DNA of 51,752 nucleotides from Craspedostauros australis (Eukaryota). Numbering within the stretch: the stretch's first letter is position 1; every line of letters begins with the position of its first letter. Below, one piece after another: positions 21,435-31,400 of this stretch. The stretch is taken from positions 1 to 51,752 of the forward strand of contig JALAGF010003431.1 of NCBI GenBank assembly GCA_030167865.1, written 5' to 3'. Below the pieces are notes generated by a model. It saw only the letters and a program-made list of their open reading frames with translations. It was not told the origin of the DNA and searched no databases. The position numbers were made by a program, and so were the translations under genes.

Positions 21435-23117
21435 ATGACCCCCAAGTCCTCGCTCGATGACGCAGGTCCGCACGCAGATGTCAATGCAGATGCGAGCGAG
21501 AATCCGAACAACAACAATGGTGGCGACAACTATGGGTCCATCGCTTTCGCCAACGGCATGGACAGCACTGTGGACCCGTCTGCGACTACTAGCGCCGGCA
21601 AGATGGAACAGCCGCCCGACCAATCCAAGTCGGTCTCGTACTGGGATTTGATGTCCCACAGCAGCGGTTTTCGGTACTTCATGTCAAGCTACATGATCAC
21701 CATGGTCGGCGAGTGGCTGACGTACGTGGCAACGATCACCTTCATCGAGGAGCAGATGAGTCATACATCCCGCACCGCCATCTCCATCTTGATCCTCATT
21801 CGGCTGATCCCGAACGTCTTGTTCGCCGGCGTCGGTGGGACCTTGGCAGACACCGTCGATCGTCGCAAGCTCATGATCGTGCTGGATATCTCCGGCGCGC
21901 TATCAGCGCTCTTCTTCATCGTGGCTTACAATCGACAATCCATCGGTCTGATGTATGCCGCCACATTCGTGCAGAATTGCATTGCCGGGCTGTACGGGCC
22001 CAGCTTCTCGAGCATCCTTCCGATGCTCGTTCCCGTCGAAGGAGAGTATCTGCAAAAGGCCAATGTCGTGGGGGGCATAGCGTGGTCCTTGACGATGTCG
22101 GTTGGATCGGCGTTTGGTGGTTACATAGCCGGGGTCTTTGGGAGTAACGTCTGCTTCCTCCTTGACAGCCTCACCTACCTTGCCAGCGCTGGTCTCCTTT
22201 TCTGCATTTCCGGAAACTACAAAGCAACCGAGGTCTTCGGCGAAGATGGAAGCACCAAGCCCTTGCTTAAAGATACACACAACAAGAATTCCGCGGCTGC
22301 CACGAACGAAGGCGGCGGCGACGACGACGCAAAAGGATCGCGAGATCCCGAGCCTGAAAAACAGGGCGTCGTCGCCATGACTCTCGAATGCCTGGACTAC
22401 CTCAACAACTCGTACTTTGGCTTGTTGGTCTTCATGAAGGCTTCGTCATGCTTCGCATACGGTGGCGTTGACGTCATCAATGTCGCAATATCTGAAGAAG
22501 ATCCAACCGCCAACACCTCGATGCGCCTGGGTTTCATCTTCGCCTGTCTCAGTGGCGGTGCTCTCATCGGCCCCTTCGTATTCGAGATCTTCACCAGCTT
22601 GGATCGGCCATGGACTAGCCAGATAGCTTGCATTGTGGCTTTGGTCTTCATCGGGATTGGGTTGGCGGGTTGGGTGATCTTCGATGCCTTTTGGGTGCAA
22701 TGCATATTTGCCACCATCCGAGTCATCGGGTCAGCGACAATCTACATTGATTCGGACCTGATGCTGCAAAGGTTCACCAAGCCCACCATGCTGGGACGCG
22801 TGATGGGACTGGTGTACTCAACGTCACTGTTCGCAGAAGCCGCATCGGCATTCCTTTGCGGATACATCATGGATCTGGATCCAGAATTCTTCACCATTAA
22901 AGTCATGAGCACAATCCTTTCCGGCATCGCTTTTCTCTTCGCGGCACTTTGGACGGCCTACCACTTGTCGGGACGTGGCGGCGCTCATCCAGATGCACTC
23001 AAGAATGCGCAGCAGCACCAAGCAAAGGAGGTTGCTGCGCGCAGCAGAGACGTGAGCCGTGCATCATCGAACGTGACGGAAGCAGCAGACCCAGTCAATC
23101 TTCCAGAGATTGCATGA
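21435..23117 (+). CDS. Major facilitator superfamily transporter (MefA/DHA3-like), paralogue B
   Basis: 'GGTLADTVDRRKLMIVLD' and 'LQRFTKPTMLGRVMGL'; colinear with, and highly similar to, the upstream MFS gene. First ATG 21435. Confidence 0.92.
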   Translation: MTPKSSLDDAGPHADVNADASENPNNNNGGDNYGSIAFANGMDSTVDPSATTSAGKMEQPPDQSKSVSYWDLMSHSSGFRYFMSSYMITMVGEWLTYVATITFIEEQMSHTSRTAISILILIRLIPNVLFAGVGGTLADTVDRRKLMIVLDISGALSALFFIVAYNRQSIGLMYAATFVQNCIAGLYGPSFSSILPMLVPVEGEYLQKANVVGGIAWSLTMSVGSAFGGYIAGVFGSNVCFLLDSLTYLASAGLLFCISGNYKATEVFGEDGSTKPLLKDTHNKNSAAATNEGGGDDDAKGSRDPEPEKQGVVAMTLECLDYLNNSYFGLLVFMKASSCFAYGGVDVINVAISEEDPTANTSMRLGFIFACLSGGALIGPFVFEIFTSLDRPWTSQIACIVALVFIGIGLAGWVIFDAFWVQCIFATIRVIGSATIYIDSDLMLQRFTKPTMLGRVMGLVYSTSLFAEAASAFLCGYIMDLDPEFFTIKVMSTILSGIAFLFAALWTAYHLSGRGGAHPDALKNAQQHQAKEVAARSRDVSRASSNVTEAADPVNLPEIA

Positions 23118-23575
23118 TGCGAATGCAGCACAGCACAGATGCGTAAGGCTGCCTGTTCACGGATGTGGGCACGTAGGTACACACGCACGAACGAACGAAT
23201 CGACGGCAACGGGATGAACAAATCCTTTCTAAAACAATACTAGTACAAGTAAGGGTGGTCTCTGCCGACAAGTCTTCAGCGGAAGAATTCTGCTCTTGCT
23301 CGATGTATGCGGAGAGCAGCAGGTGACTGTACTCCAAGTACTCCGACAATTGATGCGAGGTTGGCGCATTGGAGATGAAGCAGCGCAACTGCATGCGTTG
23401 GGAGTAAGCTCGCCGTCGAGCGAGTGAATTTGGTTGCTTGCATGCCCACTCGTGCATCCATGCATCCATATAGTACCAACAGTAGAGTATGACACAATGT
23501 TGTGCGCGCTCTACTCACCGCGTTCTGCTCGTGCTTCAGTCGCTGACTACAAATGGCACGACACCATGTTGCTCT

Positions 23576-25006
23576 TTAGTTGGCGTACCACGTTGCATCC
23601 AATCCCAGGTAGAAATCATACTTGACAGCCTTGTCGAGCACTCTGGGGTTGAGCTTCTCCTTGTTCTCCTCGAGCTCGTACTTGGTCTTGAGGTTGGCGT
23701 TCTGATCCATGATCCATTTCGTCATGGCGGTCTGCGATGTGATGGAGTGCCTCTGGATGGCATCGGATGCGAACAGCGCATCTCGGAGGTTATCAATGTT
23801 GATATGCGGAGCGCGGCATTGTTGGCTCGGCTTGAACATGTCTGGGAATTTCGCGGCCAAGTTGTCGGCGGCCTTGTTGATGATATTGCGATCGGATGCC
23901 TTGGCAACGCCCGGCAGATCCACCAGTTTCACCGGCTGAGCTTTGTTGATCTCCAGGAAAAGATCTTGTGGGGTCGTCTCGTCCTTGGATTTGGCAGCAG
24001 CATCGATGTCGACGGCTCGATCGGTCTCCGTTTCTTGGTGCTTCCGGTCAGAATCGTAGTACACTTCGACGAGGATCTTGTCAAAGTCGAATCCGGCCTC
24101 TATGGCCCTGCTGTCATTCTTCAGCTGGGAGAGCATGCCCACGCGGTGCTGACCATCAACGATCTTCAATATCCCATCCTTGTCCTCGTACATGCTGATG
24201 ATGCCCGGCAGACCGAGGTGCAGCGTCTTGAGCTTGTCGGACACCATCTTCTTGGATCGATCCTTGCGGTATATACGCTGCTTCTTCCACGTCCGCATGG
24301 ACTCCAGCACATCGATGGGGACCAGATGGACGCGCTTGTAACCCCAATCCGAAAGCACCTTGCCGAGCAACGGATGATCGCCAAAGTTGACCGCATCCTT
24401 GGATGCAGCTTGGTTTTCGTCGGTGTGTTGACTAGCGGATGGAGGTGCCGCTGCCGACACAGCCGACGACTGCCCCTTTTCATCTTGTGTCGGCGTCTTG
24501 GCCTGCTTGGATGCCTGCAGTTCCTTCTGCCACTTGTCGAACTGCATCTTGCGCTTGAGCGCCGCCAGCTCCGCATCGGCCCGCGCACGTTCGGCCTTCC
24601 GAAGGTCCTCCAGCGCCCTCTGCTTGTCCTTTTCATTCTGCTTCACGGTCGCCGCCATCTCCTTTTCCATCTTGGTGAGCTCCGCCAGCGCGTGGGCCTC
24701 CGCGATGCTCTGTTCCGGAACGTGCGACGCCGTCTTTTCGTTCTGCTCCATCTTCTGCTTCTTCTCCTCCACCTTCTCGTACTTGTGAAGCAGCTCGTCG
24801 CGCTCTGATTCGTCCAGAGATTCCGTCAGTGCCTTGGCGGCCGTCACCCGCAGATCCTTGAAGAAGCTGGTGGTGGAATCGAGGATCGTCGCCTTCCGCT
24901 GTTGCTGGAATCGGTAGATGCTGTCGGGTCTGCGAAGAACGTGCTTGCCTTGCGCCATCACCCGCGATGGCTGCGATCGCAGCACCACCAGCCGCATCGA
25001 CGCCAT
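23576..25006 (-). CDS. ParB/Srx-superfamily (DGQHR-motif) protein with an N-terminal coiled coil and a putative mitochondrial presequence
   Basis: ATG 25006 gives an R/S-rich, acid-poor N-terminus (MASMRLVVLRSQPSRVMAQGKHVLRR), then an E/K/A coiled coil. The C-terminal domain has 'WKKQR', 'LPGIISMY', 'LKIVDGQHRV' (24157-24143) and 'LFLEINKAQPV'. Confidence 0.8.
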   Translation of the reverse strand: MASMRLVVLRSQPSRVMAQGKHVLRRPDSIYRFQQQRKATILDSTTSFFKDLRVTAAKALTESLDESERDELLHKYEKVEEKKQKMEQNEKTASHVPEQSIAEAHALAELTKMEKEMAATVKQNEKDKQRALEDLRKAERARADAELAALKRKMQFDKWQKELQASKQAKTPTQDEKGQSSAVSAAAPPSASQHTDENQAASKDAVNFGDHPLLGKVLSDWGYKRVHLVPIDVLESMRTWKKQRIYRKDRSKKMVSDKLKTLHLGLPGIISMYEDKDGILKIVDGQHRVGMLSQLKNDSRAIEAGFDFDKILVEVYYDSDRKHQETETDRAVDIDAAAKSKDETTPQDLFLEINKAQPVKLVDLPGVAKASDRNIINKAADNLAAKFPDMFKPSQQCRAPHINIDNLRDALFASDAIQRHSITSQTAMTKWIMDQNANLKTKYELEENKEKLNPRVLDKAVKYDFYLGLDATWYAN

Positions 25007-25373
25007 CCTGATAGCTCTGGTGGTTCTTGCGTTCAATGGGTTGCACCGCGAGTGTGCGCTCGCAACTGATATGATATTAAATTATATTAGACTCTTTGTC
25101 GCCGTTGCGTGGGGAATCACTCCGTTCCCACTATTCTATTCCGACCAATTGTTTACAATAGTATTAGTTGTATACGACCACACACAGACTCGTTGCAACA
25201 CCCACGATGAGGAGAGGCGATGAGGCAGATGGAATCTTTGGGTGTGAGGGTTTGCGATCTTGCGGGTGGATGCAGTGGCCGATGCTTTTGTGTTGTGCTT
25301 CTACCAGGTTTTGGTGAGAAGCGGGAGACAGACAGACTGCGCGAAGAACAAAATGAACGTGACTGTGGTCGCG

Positions 25374-25379
25374 AAAAAA
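25374..25379 (-). terminator. RNA polymerase III terminator (T6) of the tRNA gene
   Basis: TTTTTT on the minus strand 4 nt after the tRNA 3' end. Confidence 0.75.
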
Positions 25380-25383
25380 GGTA

Positions 25384-25455
25384 TTCTCCTGCCCGGATTC
25401 GAACCGAGGATGTGACATTCAGAGTGTCAAGTGATAACCACTTCACTACAGGAGA
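25384..25455 (-). tRNA. trnQ-CUG: tRNA-Gln (anticodon CUG), 72 nt, intronless
   Basis: Minus strand TCTCCTG TA GTGAAGTGGTTATCAC T TGACA CTCTGAA TGTCA CATC CTCGG TTCGAAT CCGGG CAGGAGA A. It forms a full cloverleaf with A and B boxes and is followed by a T-run. Confidence 0.95.
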
Positions 25456-25840
25456 TTCGATAACCGTTTAGGGATTGTTGCAGGCTTGCCATGAATTTGT
25501 AAATCTATACACTTATTGAATCTTTGTTCCATTTGTTAGTGACGCGAACGTGGACAATGCGTGCGTTGCCACAAGAAGAGATGCAACGTGGCCAACAAAC
25601 ACGAACACAGACGTGAATGCTTTCCGCATACGTTGCTCAGATTCCTGAGGAACGGAAGGTTGCTTCATTCGTCACCAACATCGATACCAACAGCAACGAT
25701 GGCGCCGCGTGAAGGCATCTTGTGCGTACAAGTACCTTGCTGGTAGTGTTGACATCACTGATTCCACAATCACAACTTGTGAAGACCTCGCTAAGACAAC
25801 ACATCGAAGTTCTGTGATACTCGCAACGACGGTCAGGAAC

Positions 25841-26881
25841 ATGAACATGAACATGAACACCAGCATGGATGTGAACGCGAATGGCAGAGCATGCAAGATG
25901 AACGCCATCCTCCAGGTCATCATGATGATGGTGACGCTTCAGCTTCACTTGCAACCTGCCGTTGCTTTCGCGCCGGTGTCCACCGCTGCGTTGATGCAAC
26001 GCTGCCATCACAAGCAGCATCAACAACCGCAAAGATTGGCCCAGCTCGCATCCTCTGTCATTGAGGCACCCGCGACGGTCGAATCTTCGGAAGTTCTGCG
26101 GGTCGATTGCATGCCAGAACCCTTGCCCGAGACGCTGAAGAACGACTACTACTTCCTGCGCCATGGCCAGAGCACGGCCAACGTGGCGGGCATCATTTCT
26201 TCCGCACGGTCGCTGGCGTACAGCACGAAGCATGGATTGACGGGGCTGGGTTACGAGCAGGGCATGTCATCAGCCAATCCGCTGCTGGAAATGATGCGAT
26301 CCAACCGCAAGGAGAGCAGAACGGACATCGTCTTCGTGACCTCGCCGTTCGCACGCGCCAAGCAAACCGCCGAGGCCTGCCAAGGCGAGATGCGCCGCCT
26401 TCTGGAGTCGTCGGACACCACCGAGTTGGAGTACACCATCCAGGAGGAGATCGAATACGACGACCGCCTGATGGAGCGGTACTTTGGACGATTGGACGGT
26501 GAAGCGCTGTACACGTACGCCTACGTGTGGCCCATGGACAGAGTGGATGTGACGCACACCGCGTTCGACGTGGAATCCGTGGCGGCCGTTTGCACGCGGT
26601 TCCGCGAATTCGTGATGAGCATGGAGGCGGAGAAGGAGGACGCGATCATCGTGATGGCGTCGCACGCGGATGTCTGCCAGATCTCGCAACTGTACGCCGC
26701 CAATGTGGAGAACGTGGGCGAGTTCAGCTCGTACCGATTCGCCAACGGCGAGGTGCGGAAGATGGCGCTGACGGATGAGCTGCTGCCCGAGCCCAGTCCG
26801 TTGGAGGCACCGAAGCGTGGCACGGTCCTTTACACGGAAATGGTTGCGGCCGCCGATGCTGTGGAAGAAAACGAGGAATGA
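25841..26881 (+). CDS. Plastid-targeted histidine phosphatase (phosphoglycerate mutase-like superfamily)
   Basis: Signal peptide 'MNAILQVIMMMVTLQLHLQPAVA|FAP' (ASAFAP motif; start may be 25841 or 25898). Catalytic 'LRHGQS', 'TSPFARAKQTA', 'LMERYFG' and 'ASHAD' are present. Confidence 0.9.
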   Translation: MNMNMNTSMDVNANGRACKMNAILQVIMMMVTLQLHLQPAVAFAPVSTAALMQRCHHKQHQQPQRLAQLASSVIEAPATVESSEVLRVDCMPEPLPETLKNDYYFLRHGQSTANVAGIISSARSLAYSTKHGLTGLGYEQGMSSANPLLEMMRSNRKESRTDIVFVTSPFARAKQTAEACQGEMRRLLESSDTTELEYTIQEEIEYDDRLMERYFGRLDGEALYTYAYVWPMDRVDVTHTAFDVESVAAVCTRFREFVMSMEAEKEDAIIVMASHADVCQISQLYAANVENVGEFSSYRFANGEVRKMALTDELLPEPSPLEAPKRGTVLYTEMVAAADAVEENEE

Positions 26882-26950
26882 GATGGAATCTTCGGCTTGC
26901 GCTGGATTTTGAGCTCGTGTGGTATGTAGAAGCTGGACTGGGCTGGGCTT

Positions 26951-26982
26951 TGATGTGATGTGATGTGATGTGATGTGATGTG
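26951..26982 (+). repeat. (GATGT)n microsatellite
   Basis: tgatgtgatgtgatgtgatgtgatgtgatgtg, downstream of the phosphatase stop codon. Confidence 0.9.
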
Positions 26983-28405
26983 TTATGCTCTAGTTTCCGA
27001 ACTATGGTGTGATCAATGGCATGATCATGTCATACCTATTATACTATAGCTCGTAAGAGGAAGAGTCGGATAGAAATCGAATACTGTGCCCACCTCACTA
27101 CCATACTCTTACCTGTACCTATGTTGAGGAGCATTGCAAGTGGAGCGGGGTGGAGCAAGGACTCATGTTCTTGATCTTCAGCCATCAGAACAGCTGCGCA
27201 GGTGACTCCCACCATCAAGAAGAAGTGAGAGATAGCGTGGAGATTGTACGACCACAGGAATGATACGACGAACAACAACGAGACATGATCTGCCACAGAA
27301 TTCGCGCCACAAGAGTGAAATTTCTCTACGGAGGGAGGTGACGCTCAGATTCAAGGGAAACCGAGACCTCGGAGAAATGGCGAAAACTATTCTCGGGGTG
27401 ATTCCTTCGGGGACTAAAAGGCAGCAATGACGCTTTTTCACACCGACCACGTTTGCGCCCTGTGCCAGTCCAGTCCAAGAACGCTGCCACATCACACTTC
27501 TGGAAGCGTCTGCGGACATCTGAACATTTATCAACGCGTATCGAATTCTAGATCCTATCAAGAGTGCCGACAGCGTTTTTTTCCTGCCTTGTACACAAGG
27601 CAGACGACAGGCTAATTGTTTTGAAGGAGCTAAACGAGATCCTGGCGACGGGGCGCAATGCGTCGGTTCGACAAAGCTCAGAACCAAGAACACACAAACA
27701 AGGCCGAGCTTGGGCGTGTTGCTATTCGTATCTGTTCGTGTGCGTGCATTGTTCGGCGGAGAAAATACTCGCAGAGCGCACAGGAAGCAGAACAAGAACG
27801 TAGCTCGTGCAGCACGCGCTACGCACAATCGTGCGGTAGCGGCCACCGCGTTCTCGGGATCGCTGCGTCTGTTTTCCCTCTCCCCTTGGTGAATCTGACA
27901 CTCGCGCTGCGTCCTTGGCTGAATCAACACAGAAGAGGATCGCTACCACTGAGCGTGTCCACCCCCACCACATTCCATTCCACAGCCTCCACACTCGCCA
28001 TCTCCACATCCCCACCTGCAATTGAGTCCGAAGCAGCGACTGAGAGAGTCAAACAGAGTGCACTCTAACAACATTCTGCTTCGGGCAAAGGAGATCAAGA
28101 GAGAAAGACAGAGGACATCGAAGCAATCTCCCTCAGCTGAGACCAAACCAATTCAAGCCAAATCACATTGAGGCACACCACTGCAAGCCACATCACAGCA
28201 AGCCAGTTGCAGCGACCACTCCTGCCGCAAGCATTCTGAGCGCCAATACCAACACCAATACAAGCTATCAATTGGCGGGCATCGCAATCGTCGTCCAACA
28301 GGCAGCCAAGGCATCAAACAAACAGGCAAGCACGAAAGAGCAAGAAGCGCGAAAGGTCAACCAAGAAACAGAACAACAAGTTTCGCCAAAACAGCCTGTG
28401 CGACA

Positions 28406-31400
28406 ATGGCACAATCCCGATTGCGCGTGCAGCTGCTGCGGTCCCAAAGCCAGCAGACTGACCACCAATCGGACAACCGCCATCATCAGCATCACCATCG
28501 TCATCACCATCGTCATCACCATCGTCAGAAGCAGAAGCAGCAGGAACCAAAACATCAACGGAGACCGAAAACGAGGAAGCGCTGTGACAATCACAACGCC
28601 CAGAGCAACATCAAAGTCAGAATGATGGGCGCAATTGCATCGGCCGCAATCGTGGTTGCTTTCGTGTTTGCTGTGGATGCTTCGCTACCTTCCATCGTGG
28701 TTGCTGCCGCCGCGACAACGACGATAGCATCGTCCTTGAGCGGCCATTCCTCTCCATCCCATGCACTGCGCCATGAACTGCACGAAAAAGCCTCCCACTC
28801 CGATCAAATGACAGCTTCTGGGCCGGTGGAACCAATGCAGATCACACTGACGAGTATTGTCACCCCAGCTCCGCAGCACGTGCCGCAGCATGCTCCAAGC
28901 ACACAGCAGCTGTTGTCACCTCTCCATGACTCTCATGAAATGATGGATCAGACCGGTGCTACGCTAGATACTGAGGAGGATTACAACAACGACAACAACA
29001 ACAATCACGACACCGACAACGGTATCAACATTGATGCCAGGATCAATATCGGCGAGAGCCACGCTCTGGAAGTGCCTCAGCATCACTTCCCACCAGAGCA
29101 ACAGCAGCAACAACAGCAGCAGCAACAGCATCAACTTCAGTTGCAACGGACGCTCATGGCGATAGACTCCAACTCTTCAGCTTCCATCGCCAAATCATGC
29201 AACCCGAAGCAGCCCTTCAATGAGGCAAAGTACCAGACATCCTACACGGTCGGCGTCCTGGCCATCCGGGGTGTCGAAAGCGCCTTCAGAGAGTTCAACG
29301 CGACCTTCGCAGACTACCTCTCCGCCACTGCGGGCCGCCATTTCGTGGGCGCGAACATCACGTTCCGCATGGAGGCACTCAACTTCAGGACCGTGTTCGA
29401 GAGCGTCGCTGACGAATCCGTTGATTACGTCTACGTCAACCCATCCGCATTCTCCTGCATCGAGTCGCAGTACACCGCAAGATCGCTCGTATCGCAGATC
29501 TCCAGACGGAAAGTGCAGGGCAATGTCTACGACCTCAAGAAGTTTGGCGGGGTCATTGTCGCGCGCTCCGATCGCGACGACATCACCTCCGTCCTGGACT
29601 TGGAGGACAAGATCGTCGCTGCGGCGAGCATTTCGGGCTTGGGCAGCGGCCAGATGCAATTCCTCGAGATGATCAACAATGGCATGTCCTACATCAACGA
29701 CCCCAAGCAGCTCGTCTTCACATCCAACCAGGGCAAGGTGGTGCAAGGCGTCCTCAACCGCACCTTCGACGTTGGCTTTATCCGGACGGACCAGCTCGAG
29801 CGATCCAAGGACTGGAACGGCGACCCCGTCAACCTCTTCGACTTCAAGATCATCGACGCCAAGGAGAATCTAGAGATCGACGGCGAGCCCTTTCCCTTCT
29901 CAGCCTCCACGCCCCTCTATCCGGAATGGAACTTGGCGGCGCTGGATCACGTCTCCGATGAGATATCGCAGGAGGTCCAGTCAGCCATGCTTGCCATGTC
30001 AGAGCATGCCGAGGTTGTGCAGGAGTACATTGCGTGCAAGGAGGAACACGATTTCTCCATCGCCGACACCGACGGCGCCTCATCCTTGGAGGAATACTGT
30101 TCCGAACAGGTCGTGTTCCAACGGCATATCGACAACGGCGGTCAGGTGCGTTGCGATACCACCTTAGAAGTCGCGCAACTCGCGCACACCGCCATGCAGC
30201 TGGGGAAGAATGCTGGATGGCAAACCACGCTCAGCTACATGCAGCTACGAAGCATGCAGGAGGCGACGGGATTCATTCAATTCGATCCGACGGACAACAT
30301 CTGGAAGTGCGTGCGATCGGCGAGCATCTATGACTCCATCTCCTGCCCCGCCAACTTTGTGCGAAAGTCAGAGTCCGAAGTCCTCGAGGGTTGCGACCGC
30401 GCAGGGTTGATGTGCGCCAAAGGCTACCAATGTCTGTGCTCACCGTGCAAGCAGGTCAAGCAATGCGTCACAGGGGCGTGGGTCGGTGATAAATGCATCA
30501 GCTACAGAGTCTTGTTGCCCAGCATCATCCTGCCGTGCTTCTTCATTTTGGCGGTCGTCACACTCTGGTGCTTCGAACTCAAAAGGCGGCAGGCCGACGC
30601 CGTCTTCCACGTCCAACCGGAGGACCTGGTCTTCATGGACCCGCCCGTCGTCATCGGACAGGGCACGTTCGGACAGGTCCTGCTGGCGGAATACCGTGGC
30701 ACGCAAGTCGCCGTCAAACGAGTCATCCCGCCTTCGGATCACAGGAAGAAATCCACGTTGGACAACATCATGGCGAAATCCACAGGCCGCACGAAGCATC
30801 CCAATGCTGGCGTCGGCAACAGACGAAGTCGCGTGAGCATCAGCGTCGATGGCAGAAACCACAAGCACGACAATCGTCCCAACATCACAGCCAGTACCGG
30901 CGATGGCGACTCATCCTCGCATCATGTGCACACGCAGGTAGCGGAGGACGGCTACCGCGACTTGGAGACGCAGCACCAAGGATCAGGATCCGAATCGCTC
31001 AACTTAGGACTCATGTCGCTGGGACCTGGCATCTTGCGACGCAGTCGCAACAAGGGATTATCCTCCTCCCTCGACGGTATCCGCTCCGCCACATCCTCCA
31101 GCCGCGGCAGCCGAAGTTACGCCCGCCTCAAAGCAGACTTCATCATGGAGATGAAGCACCTGGCGCGTTTGAGACACCCTTGCATCACCACGGTCATGGG
31201 TGCCGTCATCTCGCGAACCGAGGAGCCGATGCTGGTGATGGAGTACATGGGCAATGGCTCCCTCTTCGACGTGCTTCACAACCCTTCGATTCCCATGGAT
31301 TCTGTGCGCAAATTCCTCATGCTGCAAAACATCGTGCAAGGACTGAGGTTCCTGCACTCCGCCAACCCGCAGGTGGTGCACGGCGACCTCAAATCGCAGA

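Noticed and set aside
23489-24808. 439-aa + strand ORF
   Set aside because: Antisense to the DGQHR gene; its Leu/Val-rich composition is what a codon-biased opposite strand produces.
27039-28400. ORFs upstream of the receptor kinase (e.g. 27178..27930 -)
   Set aside because: No domain signal or coding-like composition; more likely promoter and 5' UTR.
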